Notes: generated by a model from the letters alone, not told the origin. DNA of 63,827 nt, filler included, from Folioceros fuciformis (GCA_049999805.1; 22 parts of 22 records of this genome joined end to end with filler, not necessarily neighbours in it); one strand, 5' to 3'; shown: positions 48,517 through 62,433, counted from the first letter of the whole stretch. A program made the numbers and translations.

Positions 48517-50184
48517 TTGCCCCATTGAACACCCTTCTCCACCTTTTTGGTACTATCGAACGATCCTCCTCTCCTCACTCTCTTGCCATGACATAACACA
48601 AGGTCATTGTTAAAGGACACATCAGGGTTTAGATTCCCAACTCTCTCGGGAACCCTTGTAAACTTGTTTTTGACTTGAGATCTCTTGTCTTCATCCTGTA
48701 TATGCTCCCGTTCACCACCTCCTTCAAATTCTCTCTAGCCACTATCGTAAATAGTACCCTAGCATTACCAAATCATAATTAGGCCACATGTCAAAGCTCA
48801 CATAGCAACTAGTACACTATAGGTCACATGTCGATGGACCATAGTTAACATGAATACTATAGTGAATTTACATGACAACCATATCTACAACAATCATACT
48901 TTAAATCTTTACTCTGATTGAGCTTACAAAGTCACCAATAAACTTCCAAGGTCGTTTACTACACAAGTGATTTAGTCCCTAGCAGTTCCTACACAAGCGA
49001 ATACCGTAAGGTACTCCTATAAGTAGTTGATCAAATTAATAGATATAATATTTTATTAGATACTAATAGGTATGATTATCCAAACATTTCCATATATATT
49101 GAAGATGAAAATGATGATCATGAGAAGGTTGAGAGGTTGATGTTCCCCATGTTGTGGCCGCTCAAATTCAAGCACCAATATCTTCACGTTTAGTAGAGTC
49201 TATTAACAATCAAAATGTTTAGCACATTGTTGGAGAGAGCATGAAGTTGATACATAATGTTGGGCTCTACAAGGAAATAATACTTTATTAAGAGGCAAGT
49301 GCATAATTACTTGAGGAATAAGATCAAAGTAGACCTCACTCTAAAGATCATGTAAACCTCACTCAAAAGTTTCTACAGGAACACTCTTGTGATGTGATGT
49401 TTGTACTTGACAACTCCTTACTGGACAGATCTAAGCACTTTGAACAATTGGCTAAATGTGGGAACGGGTCTTAGGGTTTACCCAAATCCATTTGGATAAA
49501 TAAGTTTTAAAGCATTTTCCATGTTCCATAACACCATGTACCAAAAAGTGCCAGATTTTAAGGGCACTCACCGGGACGAAACTCTGCTCCACTGGTGCAC
49601 CTCAGAACTAGTTATTAAATAATGTGGCTACTCTACAAAGTGACGGGATGCACTAGTGAAAGGCACTACCCATAGCTCCCGTAAGGGCGCCAAATGTTGG
49701 CGTGAAAAGAGGAAAGGAGGGTTAGGGACAGCCAAAACTAATTGGGGAATCTTTCCTCCCTCCAAAAGCGGAGGACCCTGTTTTTAGTAGTTTCGGTTTT
49801 GTTTCATCCACATGAAAAATGGCTCTTACAAAGTTTCAACAAATAGTCACACTTTCCAACAAAAATAGAGGAGCTCGTACCGAGTCTTTATTTGCACTAA
49901 AGGTTTTCACCCTAATGAAAAGCAATGAAAGGAATGTGTGGAGAGGCAACTACCTCGGTTGATTTGTGAGTTTAATTGTTCATTTTTTTTGAATTTGTTA
50001 TTTTATTTTACACATGGACACGTAACTATCCCGATCCAGTTCACGGTTTCACACTACATGGGCAGTCCTCCGAGCTTCGAATAAGTGCTTGCATATACAT
50101 ACGCATTTAACAGTTCAAGTGGGCCAGGAGACGTAACGCTGGATGGAAATCCCTCATCGACGCGTGTGAAGCGCTGACTCCCAA

Positions 50185-51628
50185 GACAGTTGTTGCTCAC
50201 GGAGTAAGGGGAGGGGCACAGTGCAGTCGACAGGAGGCTCCGAAAGCGGGGAAGAGGCTTAGGTTGGCAGGGCATGGTGGTTATGTTCTGTTGCTGAGTT
50301 GCAGTGACGGAATGCGGCCGCACACGGCGGTGATGAATTGGAATGTGCGGCAAAACAGCAGACGTAAACACAGACACCGGAGGTGCGCTTCATGCTTCCA
50401 GGGCAGGACCTCCGATTTGTCGAAGTGTTTCAATCTCGCGTTGCAGCTGCACAGCTTAATCCCGATGCACTGCAAGACTCGGAAAATAGCTCCGTTCTTT
50501 CAATTGGCCGGACGTTAAGTTCAGCTTTTATCATCCGTCTTGATCCTGCAGCAAGACAGTAGACGCTTTCTGAGTAAGTTACACAAAACACCAGCCGGCA
50601 AGAGCAACATGGCAAGCCTTAAACCCATGCGGACGCGCGTAGCCAAACGTCATGGTAGCTGTCAAGTCCAATGGCTAGACAGTGCGAACTTGGAGAGGCA
50701 AAATTCGCAGACATACGGACAGAATCGGCATCCTTCGTGAACCACGGAGAGTAAAATTCAGCTATAGAGCTTGCAGTATGGCCAAGGAGGGCTCACCGTC
50801 GTAGAACGCATCAAGATACTCGTCACCGGCGGACGAGTGGATGCTAGGGTGTGGTGAGAGCTAGGCCTACCACCACCGAGCTCCAAGTCAGTAAGCGTCA
50901 TGAACGTATATGCTCCAGGCCACGTAACCGCTAAGGCTTGAGCCTTGCAAGCAACCTCAGATTCCCAGCAAGCCTCCGACACCCGGCGGACTGGCCAGAG
51001 CCGTGGAGCAATGTAGCTCTGCGGCCATGTCCGAACCCTAAACAGCCGAAACCCTCGCCAGAGGGCAGCAGACGGGGAGACGCCCGCTGTCAGCCGTGAG
51101 GCGGCACCGCAAGAAAGTGCGGTCCCAGGCGGCACCGCAGCAAAGTGCGGTCCCGGCTTAAGATACAAACAACGTGAAAAGGCGGTTGGCGCACACGCTA
51201 CTTCCTGCCATGCTGGGGAACAGAGGAAAAGGCTATCCCAATTTTCTCTCGGTACAGAACCGTTCTGGTTACATGTGTACATTGTACATATTGCCTTTGC
51301 CCGTACTGTGCTTTTACTTCACAGTGCCTGCCTTAAAATGTGCAGACATCCCTCATGGATGCTTGTGAAGTGCTGAATTTCCAGGCAATTGGTCGTCACG
51401 GAGGTGTCCGAGCCAGGGGAGGGCGTTGGGATCGAACGTTCACTGCAGCAAGAGGCACCGGAAGCGGGACAGAAGCTTAGGCTTGCAGGCTATGGTGGAT
51501 ATGTTCTGTTGCTGCGGTTCCTGTGACGCGGGGCGGCCCCACACGGCGGTGCCGGATTTGAATGAGCGGCAACAGCAAATGTGAGCACATAGACGGGAGG
51601 TGCGCTTCCTGCTTGCCAGGGCAGGACC
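50185..51628. repeat. Diverged direct repeat (~50185-50410 and ~51385-51628)
   Basis: Shared blocks aagcggg..aga.gcttagg.t.gcagg..atggtgg.tatgttctgttgctg, gcggcc.cacacggcggtg and ggaggtgcgcttc.tgctt..cagggcaggacc. Confidence 0.8.
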
Positions 51629-52567
51629 GACCAGCATGCTGCGGAGACTGGTGTCGTCGGTGCGGGGCATGTGGATCAGGGCTGAGCAATCGGAAAGAAT
51701 TCACGACCAGCAGTCGCCGACCGGCACCCACACGGAGCTGGANNNNNNNNNNNNNNNNNNNNNNNNNNNNNNNNNNNNNNNNNNNNTTAATTAATTAANN
51801 NNNNNNNNNNNNNNNNNNNNNNNNNNNNNNNNNNNNNNNNNNCTCGTGAACATGTGAGGGTGCTACTCTCTGCCTTGTGTTCTTCCACCACTGATCATGC
51901 CGATACATGTATAATTATATTAACTTTGTGGTACGTAACCTTGTGAGCACTTTCAGAAACCTTTCCCTTCACCATGTGACATATCACCAACGGTCATGCT
52001 GGTCTTCACCATCATTCCCTCTTAGCGAAGTAGATAGTGTGAAGCGACCATGGGACATTAGAGGCAATCTTAACACGGCTCTAAGCGTGCACTCTTACCC
52101 AAAACCTAGACAGATAGAAAGAAAGTACCGGCTTGCGTGGTCTGCCTCAAGGCTCAAAACAAGGAGACAGATGTGGTTCTCGCAAATCACCGACCATGTG
52201 TGTAGACAGCGGGTTATGAGAATGGTAGGATTGGCCAGCACATTGACCTTGTTTTCCGGTGTTCATTTTCGACAAAGGCTTAAAAAAGCCTCAGTGGACA
52301 TCATCATTGACCTCAATACAAGAATATCGTACCTTTGTCACCTTTCATGCATATTCACCCCCTTGCAAATTTCTCGTGTTAATTGTTCTTCCTTTGATGC
52401 CTATAATATTTTACAAGTAGTAAAGCCTCTTTGGTAAATTTTTACTTAAACCCTATATCCTTTTTGGCTTTTCTCGTGTAAAAAAAAAAGTCTCTTGTTT
52501 CATCCTCCTAATATCTTACTATAGGTGACGTAGTCTCTAATTCCCTTTACAGGTAACTCTTAGGCAA

Positions 52568-53530
52568 GTGAGGGATTCTCTACCTTTGGAGGCTCATGAG
52601 GCTCTACCTCCTTTCACCTCCTTTTTTAGGGAAGGGTTGAGGGATCTCCAAGCCTCCCTCTTAGAAAAGCACTATGGCTAAGCACTAAGAGCCCTTCTTT
52701 CAGACTCATTCATCCCTAGGTCTTCTCAAGCTCGTATTCGATCTTGTTCAGGTAAAGGAGCGGGCTCTTGGCTTTTGGCTCCACCTTGCATCTAGGCGTT
52801 TCAAATCCCACTAATAACTTTCGCTACCACGATGAGATTTCACTTAGGTTTGGCCCACCCGTTGGCTTTTCCTCTGTCTATATAGAGTTGTAGGGTTGCC
52901 ATTGTCGATACAGAGTCCCATCTGGCACGTTGTCCCGTTGGGGGGCACCGCATTGCCACACATGATGTAGTTTGGGATATCATGTTCTCAATGGATGGGG
53001 AGTGTGGGTTTCTCCGTATAGGGAGCATCCATATACTTTGCGCAATGAGGTTTTACTTAAAGCTGACATTTTTTTCACTAGGGAGGAATAAGTTTGTGTT
53101 GCTGATGTGGTTGTTCCAAATCCCACAAGGAATTCGATTTGCGAGCATGTCATTATCAACCCCCTTGGTTGGGTGTCGGAGAATTGTGTAAGGGCCAAAG
53201 TCCATAAGTATTCTCTCTTGCAAGACAAGCATACTTTCATTCCCCTTGGTCTTGAGAGTTATGAGGCCATGGACAAGGGCTTTTCAAGGTTTATCAAGAA
53301 GTGTGCCAAGGCTTATCATAGTAATAGGAATGGCGTTCTCCCTCTTCTTTTGGGGTGGCCTTCTTTCGATAATGCGTATCCATTGCTTTGCAACGAGCAT
53401 TGACCAATGCGGTTTTTAGAAAAGCAACAAGTGCAAGTCAAGCGGCTTCTTTAGCACTGGTGGTAAGTAGGCTTTTGTTATTCCACATCATGACATTTTG
53501 GGAGCAATAGGTAAGTAGTTTTTGAGAATG
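52568..53530 (+). mobile_element. Second CRE-like RLE retrotransposon C-terminal copy, degraded
   Basis: Nucleotide-colinear with the reverse complement of 19800-20759; AKVHKYSLLQDKHTFIPLGLESY. Confidence 0.8.
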
Positions 53531-53965
53531 ATATTCGAAAGATTGTTCCTCCAATCTTTGGAGTAATGTGACTTTCCATCTCTTTTTCAATAATTGAAAA
53601 TACCATATTTTGGTGATAAAAGTTAGTTTTATGATATTACATTAAAAGATGTTAATTACACTATTATTTTTACAAGTACAAAAGAATTGTGAATTAATAT
53701 ATAGTAATTAAAGAAAACCATGTGAACTTCACTAAAAATAAATAAAGTAGTCAAAGTACTAATTTCAGCTCTATAAAAAAATATGAAACCACTAAGCCTT
53801 GGTGGATTAGTGGAGAAAGAATTAAGCTCCTAGCTTAGGAGAAGATGGAAAGTTCTTTCTAACCCTCCAATGTTGCATGTTCTTGTTGGCTCTTGAATAT
53901 GGAATAAAGAATTGTTTGCGAGTCCTCCTAAGAGCAAGCTAGTTGAAAGCAAGAGAAGTGTTGTA

Positions 53966-54142
53966 TGCGCATGCTTTTAGGAGAGGAGGATGGGCTACTT
54001 GGAGGCATGCTTTTAGGAGAGGAGGATGGGCTACTTGGAGGCAAGAAAGGAGGATGGGCTACTTGAAGGCAAGAGAGGAGGATGGGCTACTTGGAGGCAA
54101 GAGTAGTGCTGTGTAAGGAGAGGAGGATGGGCTACTTGGAGG
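53966..54142. repeat. Tandem repeat with core ggaggatgggctacttggaggca, 5 copies
   Basis: The core is visible five times with variable 5-25 nt linkers. Confidence 0.85.
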
Positions 54143-54602
54143 TGTAGTGTCTGATGCTTAATACTTTCTCTTTATTCTAATGTTGCTTCTACGTGCATGA
54201 TTTTCCCCACCCCGTAGAAGTCCCAGTGAAGTTCTCGAATGCAAGGAGTATTGCAGGCAGCTTCTCCTCCAAGAAAGGAGGCCAAACTAACACCTGGTCT
54301 GTGGGGACAAATGGAACTGTTTAATTGTGCTGCACTCACCCTTTGAACTGCTTTTGCTAAGAGAAACGGGCTCGAATCTGATGCGAATTGGGACTCTGAC
54401 AGGGCGAACAGCCACCCAGCCAAGGCTGCCCAACGAATACCCGAACAACGCTAAATACTCATCGATCCCCCGAACGTTGCTAGTACTATAGAAGAGATTG
54501 TGCCCAAAACACACTCACTTGGAAGGACATCTCGCTCAACCACTTTGAGAGACTAGCGAATCTCAGCAATGCCACAGGCTCATCCTCCAAAAACTGCTGC
54601 CA

Positions 54603-56999
54603 TCATCGTTCTTTGCCCACATCCTCCCCACTACCATACCCAAGAACGCCAGTCAACACTCCGCCATCCTCGGTGCCGTTCTTCTTATCCACCTCATCTT
54701 CCTCTTCGGCGACCTCCAGATCATCCTCTCCGTCATCATCACCTTTATCCTGGTCATCTTCTTCCACCGTCTTGGATATCCTGATGCCAAATTTTTTGGG
54801 CCCATTTGCAATTTCCATGCCTATCTCCATTTCCGCATCATCAGTGGTGGCATTATTTCTCCCTTGCGCCCTGGCTTGCCACCTCTCGATTTCTTCTTCG
54901 ACGTGGGCAATGTGGGCTACCGAAATTTCAGCTTGATAGGCCGTTAGCTCTCCTCGCCTGCTGTCTTTCCACTGAATCAGCTCCTGTTCAACATGCAGTG
55001 CATTAGATTACCAATGCCAAGAGAAGGAAGTGCTCTTGAGGACATCAGTGGGCTCGAAGTGTTGAGGTCACGCCAAGGAGGGAACAAAGATGTTTTCTCC
55101 GATTACCTTCTGCCGCTCTTCCAGAAGTTTGTCAGATTCCTCCGATGGCTTAGCTGGCATCCAAAATATGGCTGGCTCTGCTTTTGTCCTGCAACGAAGG
55201 ACAAGTCAATCATTGAAAACCCCCTTTCCACACAAGACAAGGCATGTATCCATGAGGCCCAGAAATCACCTAGCCTCACAAACCTGAGGAAAGCAGCAAG
55301 CTTAGTTTGATGTTCTGTCCAATGTATAAACAATAACTCGAGCTGCTTCTCCTCAGCTTTGGCAGCAATCTGTCCCCGGAGCATCTGTAATGAGAATTTC
55401 CAGACAAAACAAATTAGGTCGAGCTTCTACCTTCACAAAAGCTGGATGCAACAATGAGCTACAAATAACAAACGTTGCTGCAGACGGTTCTAATGAACAG
55501 AACAAAATATCCTCACCAAATCTTTCCGTCGTTTTTCAGCTAACTGTTCTCGTTCTTGTTGCCGCAGCCGCTCACTTTCCTCTTGCGCTTTCTGCTCAGC
55601 CTGAACAGATGCAAAGGATGAGTAAAAAATTGAATTAACTTGGTGTGCCAAACCACTCAGGAGGGACAGATAAAGAATACCCTTTTCAAGGAATCAGATC
55701 GCCGCATGAAGGCATCTGAGCCAGAGAGCTTTTGATCTTCTTGCCTGAATTTCTGGAAGAGAAAGGCCACGTTAGCGGACAACACAACCACATGCATTTG
55801 CACATCGTGGGCTGAGTTCAAGATGCCAGAGGCGGGCCAAACTTACCTCCAAAGTTCCCAAGAGAGCACCAAACATCCTACGATTCCTCTTTGCGACATT
55901 AGGATCATCCACCTTGGGTAGTACCCTGGGCTGAGGCTCCACAATGTGATCCTCGGGTTCCTAAAAGTGCAAGGATGAGTTACCGCAGATATGCGCACTC
56001 AAAGAATAGAAGTGAGAAATAGAGCAAGAACAAAGCACCTTATATCCTCTGTCCCCTCGCCTGCCATCTCGCCTCCCTGGTTGTAAACCAGCTGCAAAAT
56101 TGGGCTTTTGATCACCTTCTTCGTTGGCTTCTACGTCTCTATCCTTGGCAACACCATTTTGCGCATCATCCGCTGTGGCAGGCTCTTCAACTTCGTCCAC
56201 CTACAGAAATGCAAGAGCCAGCCTTGAGAACCAGTGGAAAAGACGAACGACTCTGGCCATCCTCAAAAACTGCACTCGCTGAACAGTACAGTACCTTCAC
56301 AACAGCAGACAGAAGACGTTTCTTGGGTGGTGGCTGGCCCTCCGAGTCACCCAGAGGTCCCTGAAACAAAAAAATCAATGTGAGATACTCAGAGAAACAT
56401 TTGAAAGGAAACTAGCAAAAAGACAAGAGGAGCGTAAGTATGAAGCACACCCTTCGGAGTCCTCGTGGCAGTCCGCCTCTTCCCGCAGGGCGTAAAGGAC
56501 CAGCACCGGCATTCCGAGGACCACCAGCAAGAGCTCCTTTCCTAAGTCCTCGAGGATCTCGAAGCCGTTCTGTAATCTGCAACATCCCCAGAACGCCACT
56601 TTCGGGTGTGAAATCGCCAGCAACATTGCGTATAATTCAAAAAAGACAAGAGCAGGGACAAGCTGCGGTTCAAAAATTCCGACCTAAGCAAAGAACCAAG
56701 TACAGCAGGAGAGGCAAAATACACGCTGACAGCAAGTGACAAAAGGCGCAAATGGTAACCAAGTTTCGTCAAGCAACACATAATAAACAAGGGAGCAGAA
56801 GCTCGATCAGCAGCGCGCTGTCTTCAACAGCCAACAAGCTGCTGTTGAAAGCAAAGAGAGCGGTAGCCACAGTTAGATTTGGCCATACAGAACCCTATGC
56901 GGGAAGGAAACGGGAATTGACCTCACGTTGCTGACGATGCAGCTCGTCGATCTCCCGCCTTAATTCGTCCACAGTGCTTTCCACTACGGCACTTGCCAT
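54603..56999 (-). CDS. PNN: Pinin/SDK/memA family splicing-associated protein, multi-exon
   Basis: MASAVVESTVDELRREIDELHRQQRE|ITERLRDPRG, PPPKKRLLSAVVK, RNRRMFGALLGTLE, AAKAEEKQLELLFIHWTEH, VEEEIERWQ; acidic tail. Confidence 0.92.
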
Positions 57000-57911
57000 G
57001 AGCTCCGATTGCAAGCGCTCCTTGCCAAATCAAGTCCCACAACGAGGTACGCAGATAAATTTTATTCACCACGTAACATCCTTGCAATCCTTCGGCATGC
57101 TGCTATCCCTAACTCCACTCCACGGAAGCTGGGTCTTGACATCACAGCCCTCACTAGGACCTGAGACGTATCAGTTTCGTGCGCATATTAATCTCAGCGA
57201 TAAGAAATGTCTTTGAGGCTGAAGGGGGCCGCTGCTGCTCGGTTCTCTTCCTAACTCCTCCTCGCGCCTCGACGGCGTATCTGTTGTAGCGAGCGACACA
57301 TCCGTGCCCGTTACAACCCGAGTGTGACAACGAATGCTCGGGTCCTCACCCACACACACGGTCCGTTCATCAAGCAGGGAGAGCTAGACCTGCAATCTTA
57401 GGGCTGACAAACCAGGCGCAAGGGCGTTGCAAGATCTGAAACCCATTAGAGTTAATAATTGTGTTCCTTAGATCAAGTTTAACGACACGTCCACAAACAG
57501 CAGAGTATAGCGAATTTCCCGGCTAGGGTCGCTAGGCATACCCGCAGAACGATAAGTGGAACCAGTATAACCTAAATGAGCGTCGACTAACAAAAAAACA
57601 GCAGAGGTTCGTGAGGCCATGAGGCCCTCATTGTAGTGCGAGCATCCCCCTGACCACCGCGACATTGAAGACCTGCGCCGTACTCCAAGTTGGCCACCTC
57701 TGGAGGCTGCTTGCACACTCCAACAAACACGGAAATGTACACTGCGACCTCCTGCTCCGGCCTAGGGAGCAGGTAGATGCGCACTTCATACAAACCGATG
57801 ATTGGCTGGTTACCAATGAGCACATCAAAGCAAAGCTGCCTCACAGGAAAGTGCTCCAAGTACGCTCTTGGTAGGCAAGGTCCAGCCTTTTCATAAGCAG
57901 CCCGCCGCCAC

Positions 57912-59064
57912 TCAGTACTCCATCCTCGGGGCAGGCTTGTCACCGGCCAAGTTCACCCGCAATTGTCTGCCGTCAAAGGTCTGGAGATGGGAGGACAAGG
58001 TTAGGGGCAAGGCTAAAATGCAATGGAAAAACAACCAGAAGAGGAAGGAAATACCTGGGCGCAGTGTTAGAGACAACTTACGTGTCCATCCAGTTGACCA
58101 ATAGCCTCAGCAACCTCGGCTTCAGATGACAAGGTGACAAATCCGAAACCCTTGGACTTGCCTGTGGCCCTGTCAAGGATAACCCTGGCTTCGATCACCT
58201 TCCCGTACTCGCTGAAGAGCTGCTCAAGGCCGACGTCGTCGACACCCCAGGCCAAGTTACCTACGAAGAGCTTGTTAGGAGTGTTGTAGCCGAAGCCACC
58301 GACACGAGGGCCACCACCGAAGTCACTGCGAGGCGGGCGGGGTCCGCCGAATGCTCTGGCACCTCCAGGTTGAGGGAAGTTCACTCTCAGAGGTCTCGAT
58401 TCGATTTCCTGCGAAAGAAAGGATCAGCAATGTCACGTAGTCAGAAACTGTGTCACATATCACGTGTGCATTGGTAGGTGTGAGGTGCAAAAGGGGGAGA
58501 GGAGACTATATCTGCTTACATATCCATCCAACCTCTCAATGGCCTTGACTGCGTCCTCATTGGATGCCATTGTGACGAAGGCAAAACCACGACTCCTCCC
58601 CGTATCTCTGTCATAAATAACCTGCTCACAAGCAACAGAATTAAAAAGTAGGTCAAGCAAGGAGCAGGCAAGAAGCGAATAGTATTCATGAGCCGCCGAC
58701 TCCTACGCGGACGACACATGCACTCGTTCCCAAGGGCTCTAACACACAAGAGCAAGGGCCACAATACATACAACATACCTCAACCAGCTCAACGGTGCCG
58801 ACATCCTGGAAGATCTCCGACAAAGTCCTGCTGTCCACGTTCCAGGGGAGGTTACCGACATAGAGCTTGGATCCCTCCTGCGGGTTAGGGGGAGGGCCGG
58901 GGAGCGGGAGGCCGCCGGAGCCGTAAAGGTCGTCCTGGCTGCCGCCGTAGAGGCTGTCCTGCGGGGCGGTGCTGCCGGCGTAGGGGCTGTCCTGCGGAGC
59001 GGTGCTGCCGCCGTAGAGGCTGTCCTGCGGGAGGCTGCTGCCGCCGTAGAGGCTGTCTTGCGGG
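57912..59064 (-). CDS. Chloroplast ribonucleoprotein (cp29/cp31/cp33 family), two RRMs, 5' end missing
   Basis: KLYVGNLPWNVDS, VIYDRDTGRSRGFAFVTM, LRVNFP, KLFVGNLAWGVDD, KSKGFGFVTL, FDGRQLRVNLA; three GT-AG introns. Confidence 0.92.
58915..59064 (-). repeat. 33-bp coding tandem repeat (PQDSLYGGSxx)n in the cpRNP N-terminal region
   Basis: PQDSLYGGSSL / PQDSLYGGSTA / PQDSPYAGSTA / PQDSLYGGS / QDDLYGSGG; runs into the contig end. Confidence 0.9.
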
Positions 59065-59164
59065 NNNNNNNNNNNNNNNNNNNNNNNNNNNNNNNNNNNN
59101 NNNNNNNNTTAATTAATTAANNNNNNNNNNNNNNNNNNNNNNNNNNNNNNNNNNNNNNNNNNNN

Positions 59165-60355
59165 GTATATAATACTAAGTACTTAGTAATTAGTAGTACT
59201 TAGTACTACTAAGTATACTAAGTAAACTAAGTAGAATATATAAGAAATATATATATAGATTTTATAATTTAATATTATTAGAATATTATAATTAACTTAG
59301 TTATTTAACTTAGATACTATACTTAAGACTACTTAGTTATCTTAACTTAGTCTATTAAACTTACTCTATCTATAAAACTTAACCTAAGTACTACTATACT
59401 TAATACTTATATTTATTATATATCTTAAGTACTTTATATACTCTTAGGTATAGCCTATAATATCTTCTTACTATTACTTCTACCTCTAGCTACTACTACT
59501 ACTACTATATTCTCTTCTTAGTAGAGTCTTTTATAGAAGTACTTATCTAGTACTAGTAGGCTTAAAAGTTCTTTAAGAAGCTTCTAGAGATTCTTATAGT
59601 ATAGAAGTCTAATACTCGATACTTTAGTACCTTAATAATATTCTATTCTATTCTATAGTTATCTTCTAATCTATTATAGTTATAGTTAGTATTTAATCTA
59701 GGCGTATATATTTTATAGATTAAGTTAATTCTTAAAGTATTTAAACTATAGCTTAAGTAGGTTTTTAGTAAGCCTATTAGTAGGTATCTTACTTATTAGT
59801 AAGTACTATACTTAAAATAATTCTTTAGTATATTTCTATTATAGCTATATATTCTATATATTTATATAGTATAGCTTTATAGTAATTCTTTTATTTACTT
59901 CTACTACTAAGTAGATTATTTACTAATTATTATAGAAGATTCTCTAAGTAGTACTTAGATTAAGAGTAATCTTATTAAAGAAGTACTTTATAGTAATTAC
60001 TTCTTTACTTATATACTTTAGTACGAGTAGCTCTACTTCTATTATTAAAGTTATTACTTTTAATTAGTAAGCTACTTTTTATAAGATTACTCTACTAAAG
60101 AGCTATATAATATATCTATAAGATAATCTTCTAGTTTTCTAATTATTAGTAAATAAGATATCTCTATAAATTAGAAGCTCTATTTTTTCGTAGTTACTAT
60201 ATTAAATAGTAAGGTACTAAGTTCTATAGAGGTAGATAATTACTCTATAAATAGTATCGAAGTACTTTTTACTTAAATTTATAAGAAACTATAAGAGCTT
60301 TAATACTATATATACTATATTAGAATAGATTATTATTACTATATAGAAAAGTAAT
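59165..60355. other. Second RIP-mutated AT-rich contig (fungal)
   Basis: No CA or TG dinucleotides found by eye; TA-saturated. Confidence 0.85.
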
Positions 60356-60455
60356 NNNNNNNNNNNNNNNNNNNNNNNNNNNNNNNNNNNNNNNNNNNNT
60401 TAATTAATTAANNNNNNNNNNNNNNNNNNNNNNNNNNNNNNNNNNNNNNNNNNNN

Positions 60456-60731
60456 TATATCTTTAATTAATATTAAACTAATCACCCAACCCTATGGCCT
60501 GGTACCGAACCTAAACCTTCCCAGCTCTGGGACCAAACCTATACCCACTCTTATAACCAAACCAACTATTTCCTGGTCAATTAACCTAATTAACACACAG
60601 AAAAATAGGAAAAATGACCAGAAAATCAAGGAAAATTAGGGAAAATAAGTTGAAAAAGAAAACCAAACCATACCACTATTAACCCTTTTTCAACCAAAAC
60701 AAACTACTACCCCAAACTTTGGAGGTTCACA
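60456..60731 (-). mobile_element. LTR family C 5' end
   Basis: Reverse complement of 14201-14440. Confidence 0.8.
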
Positions 60732-62045
60732 CAAGAGCATGAGGCAGGAGGGCTATCCAGTCCTAGTATCCACACTACGCTTGAAGGCTGCAAGGAGTGA
60801 AGCCGTTGTGTACTAATTTCCAGGGGATAGCTGAAGCAAAGAGAGGAAGAGTTGGAGTGAAGTGCATAGAAGTGAAGAGTGAGTTGCTGAGGTGCATGAG
60901 TGTGTGTTGAAGTGAAGGGTGAAGGGCTGAAGTGAAGGAGGAAGGACTGAAGTGGGAATCATGAAGAGCTGTAGGGCTGAAGATATGGGGTGTGAGTTGG
61001 GTGAGCTGATTTGAAGATAGGCTAGGCTTCTGGCCTCTTTGTTGTGTGTGTGTGATCAGGTCTATAGACCGGCTGATAGGTAGAAGTGTGAGTAGATAGC
61101 TGTAGGTGTTCCTTGACACTAGTTTACTCCTTTGGGAGCGAATCATAGGACTACAACGACAATAAGGGAAAGTGTGGCCCTTTGGTGGTTCTTGGGTGCC
61201 AGATACCACTCCACAATTTACCAATAAATAATTGGTTTGGTTATTAGAATGGGTGTAGGTTTGGTCTCAGCCCTAGGAAAGTTTAGGTCTAGTACCGGAC
61301 CATAGGGTCAGGAAGGTTTGAATTTAGGTTTGGTGATTGCTTTAATATTAATTAAAGATAGATAATATTTAAACAAATTAATTCATCTTATTTAATATTA
61401 AATAATCCCCTTCTAGTCGATCCGTCCTGGTAGCCCCGCTGCTGGATCCCAGACTCACTCCCATCAACATGTCTATCCAGCCCCTCTAATCCCATCAATG
61501 CTCGTTTTTTAGTCTAGCCAGTAGCCGCCAAAGCCTGGTTCGGCCATTAGCATTGCCTCAGCTTGCTACGCGGACATTCCTCCCTCGCAGCGCTGTCGGA
61601 TGTGCCCGCTCCCCTATCCCGATCCAGCCTTCCCATTGATCCTTGATGCTCGATCTACCCCGGCAGGCCCGAATTCCCCACATAGCGCCACCAATTCTAG
61701 GCACCCAGATTGCTGGCATCGTCCCCATCCTCGCCGATTTCTGAACTCGCCACGCTGCAGGAAGCCAAAGCTGCTGCAGGGTGGAGGAGCCAGGATCAAG
61801 CCCGAATTCTCTCCTTATTTCCAGCCCGGGACCTATAGGCCAGCCAGGCGGCACGCCGGCACTGCCATTCCCCCCTGCTGCCTGCTGTTGTCCCCCTTTC
61901 CTGCCGTTGCGGCACTGCAAGAGTGTCTACCCACAGCAATTCTTCNNNNNNNNNNNNNNNNNNNNNNNNNNNNNNNNNNNNNNNNNNNNTTAATTAATTA
62001 ANNNNNNNNNNNNNNNNNNNNNNNNNNNNNNNNNNNNNNNNNNNN

Positions 62046-62433
62046 CCATGTTTCATGGCGTCTGGTAAGGTTGTGGGGAGGGGATATCCGAGGGGGTGTG
62101 GGGGGAGAGTGTGTTCCCTTCTTTCTCTTCTTTGGGGTTAGTCGCAGATCTGAGAGGTTAGGGTCGTTGTAGTGACTGGAGTGAGTTTGTGGGCACCAAG
62201 AGAGGTGCAGCTGACTGCTGGACAACGAGGCTTGTCCTACGCCTGATCGGAGCTAGAGGGGAGCCCTCGAATCCATCATCGAGTCAATTGAGTCCGACCC
62301 TTCATCCACAGCAGCAAGGAACCCCATCGCTCCTTCGTGGGAACAAAACCCAATGTCTCAACGACAGTGGGATAAGTGTGGCCACTAAAGATGGAACCCG
62401 TCGGCAATCAGTGCCCGGGGTTTTGCCTCCACA
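62046..62433 (+). mobile_element. LTR family B 3' end, inserted in or next to a LINE
   Basis: Ends gcctccaca; matches the other family B copies. Confidence 0.85.

Noticed and set aside
53966-54142. Repeat with variable linkers resembling a CRISPR array
   Set aside because: Linkers are short, irregular and partly repeated; eukaryotic context; no cas genes.
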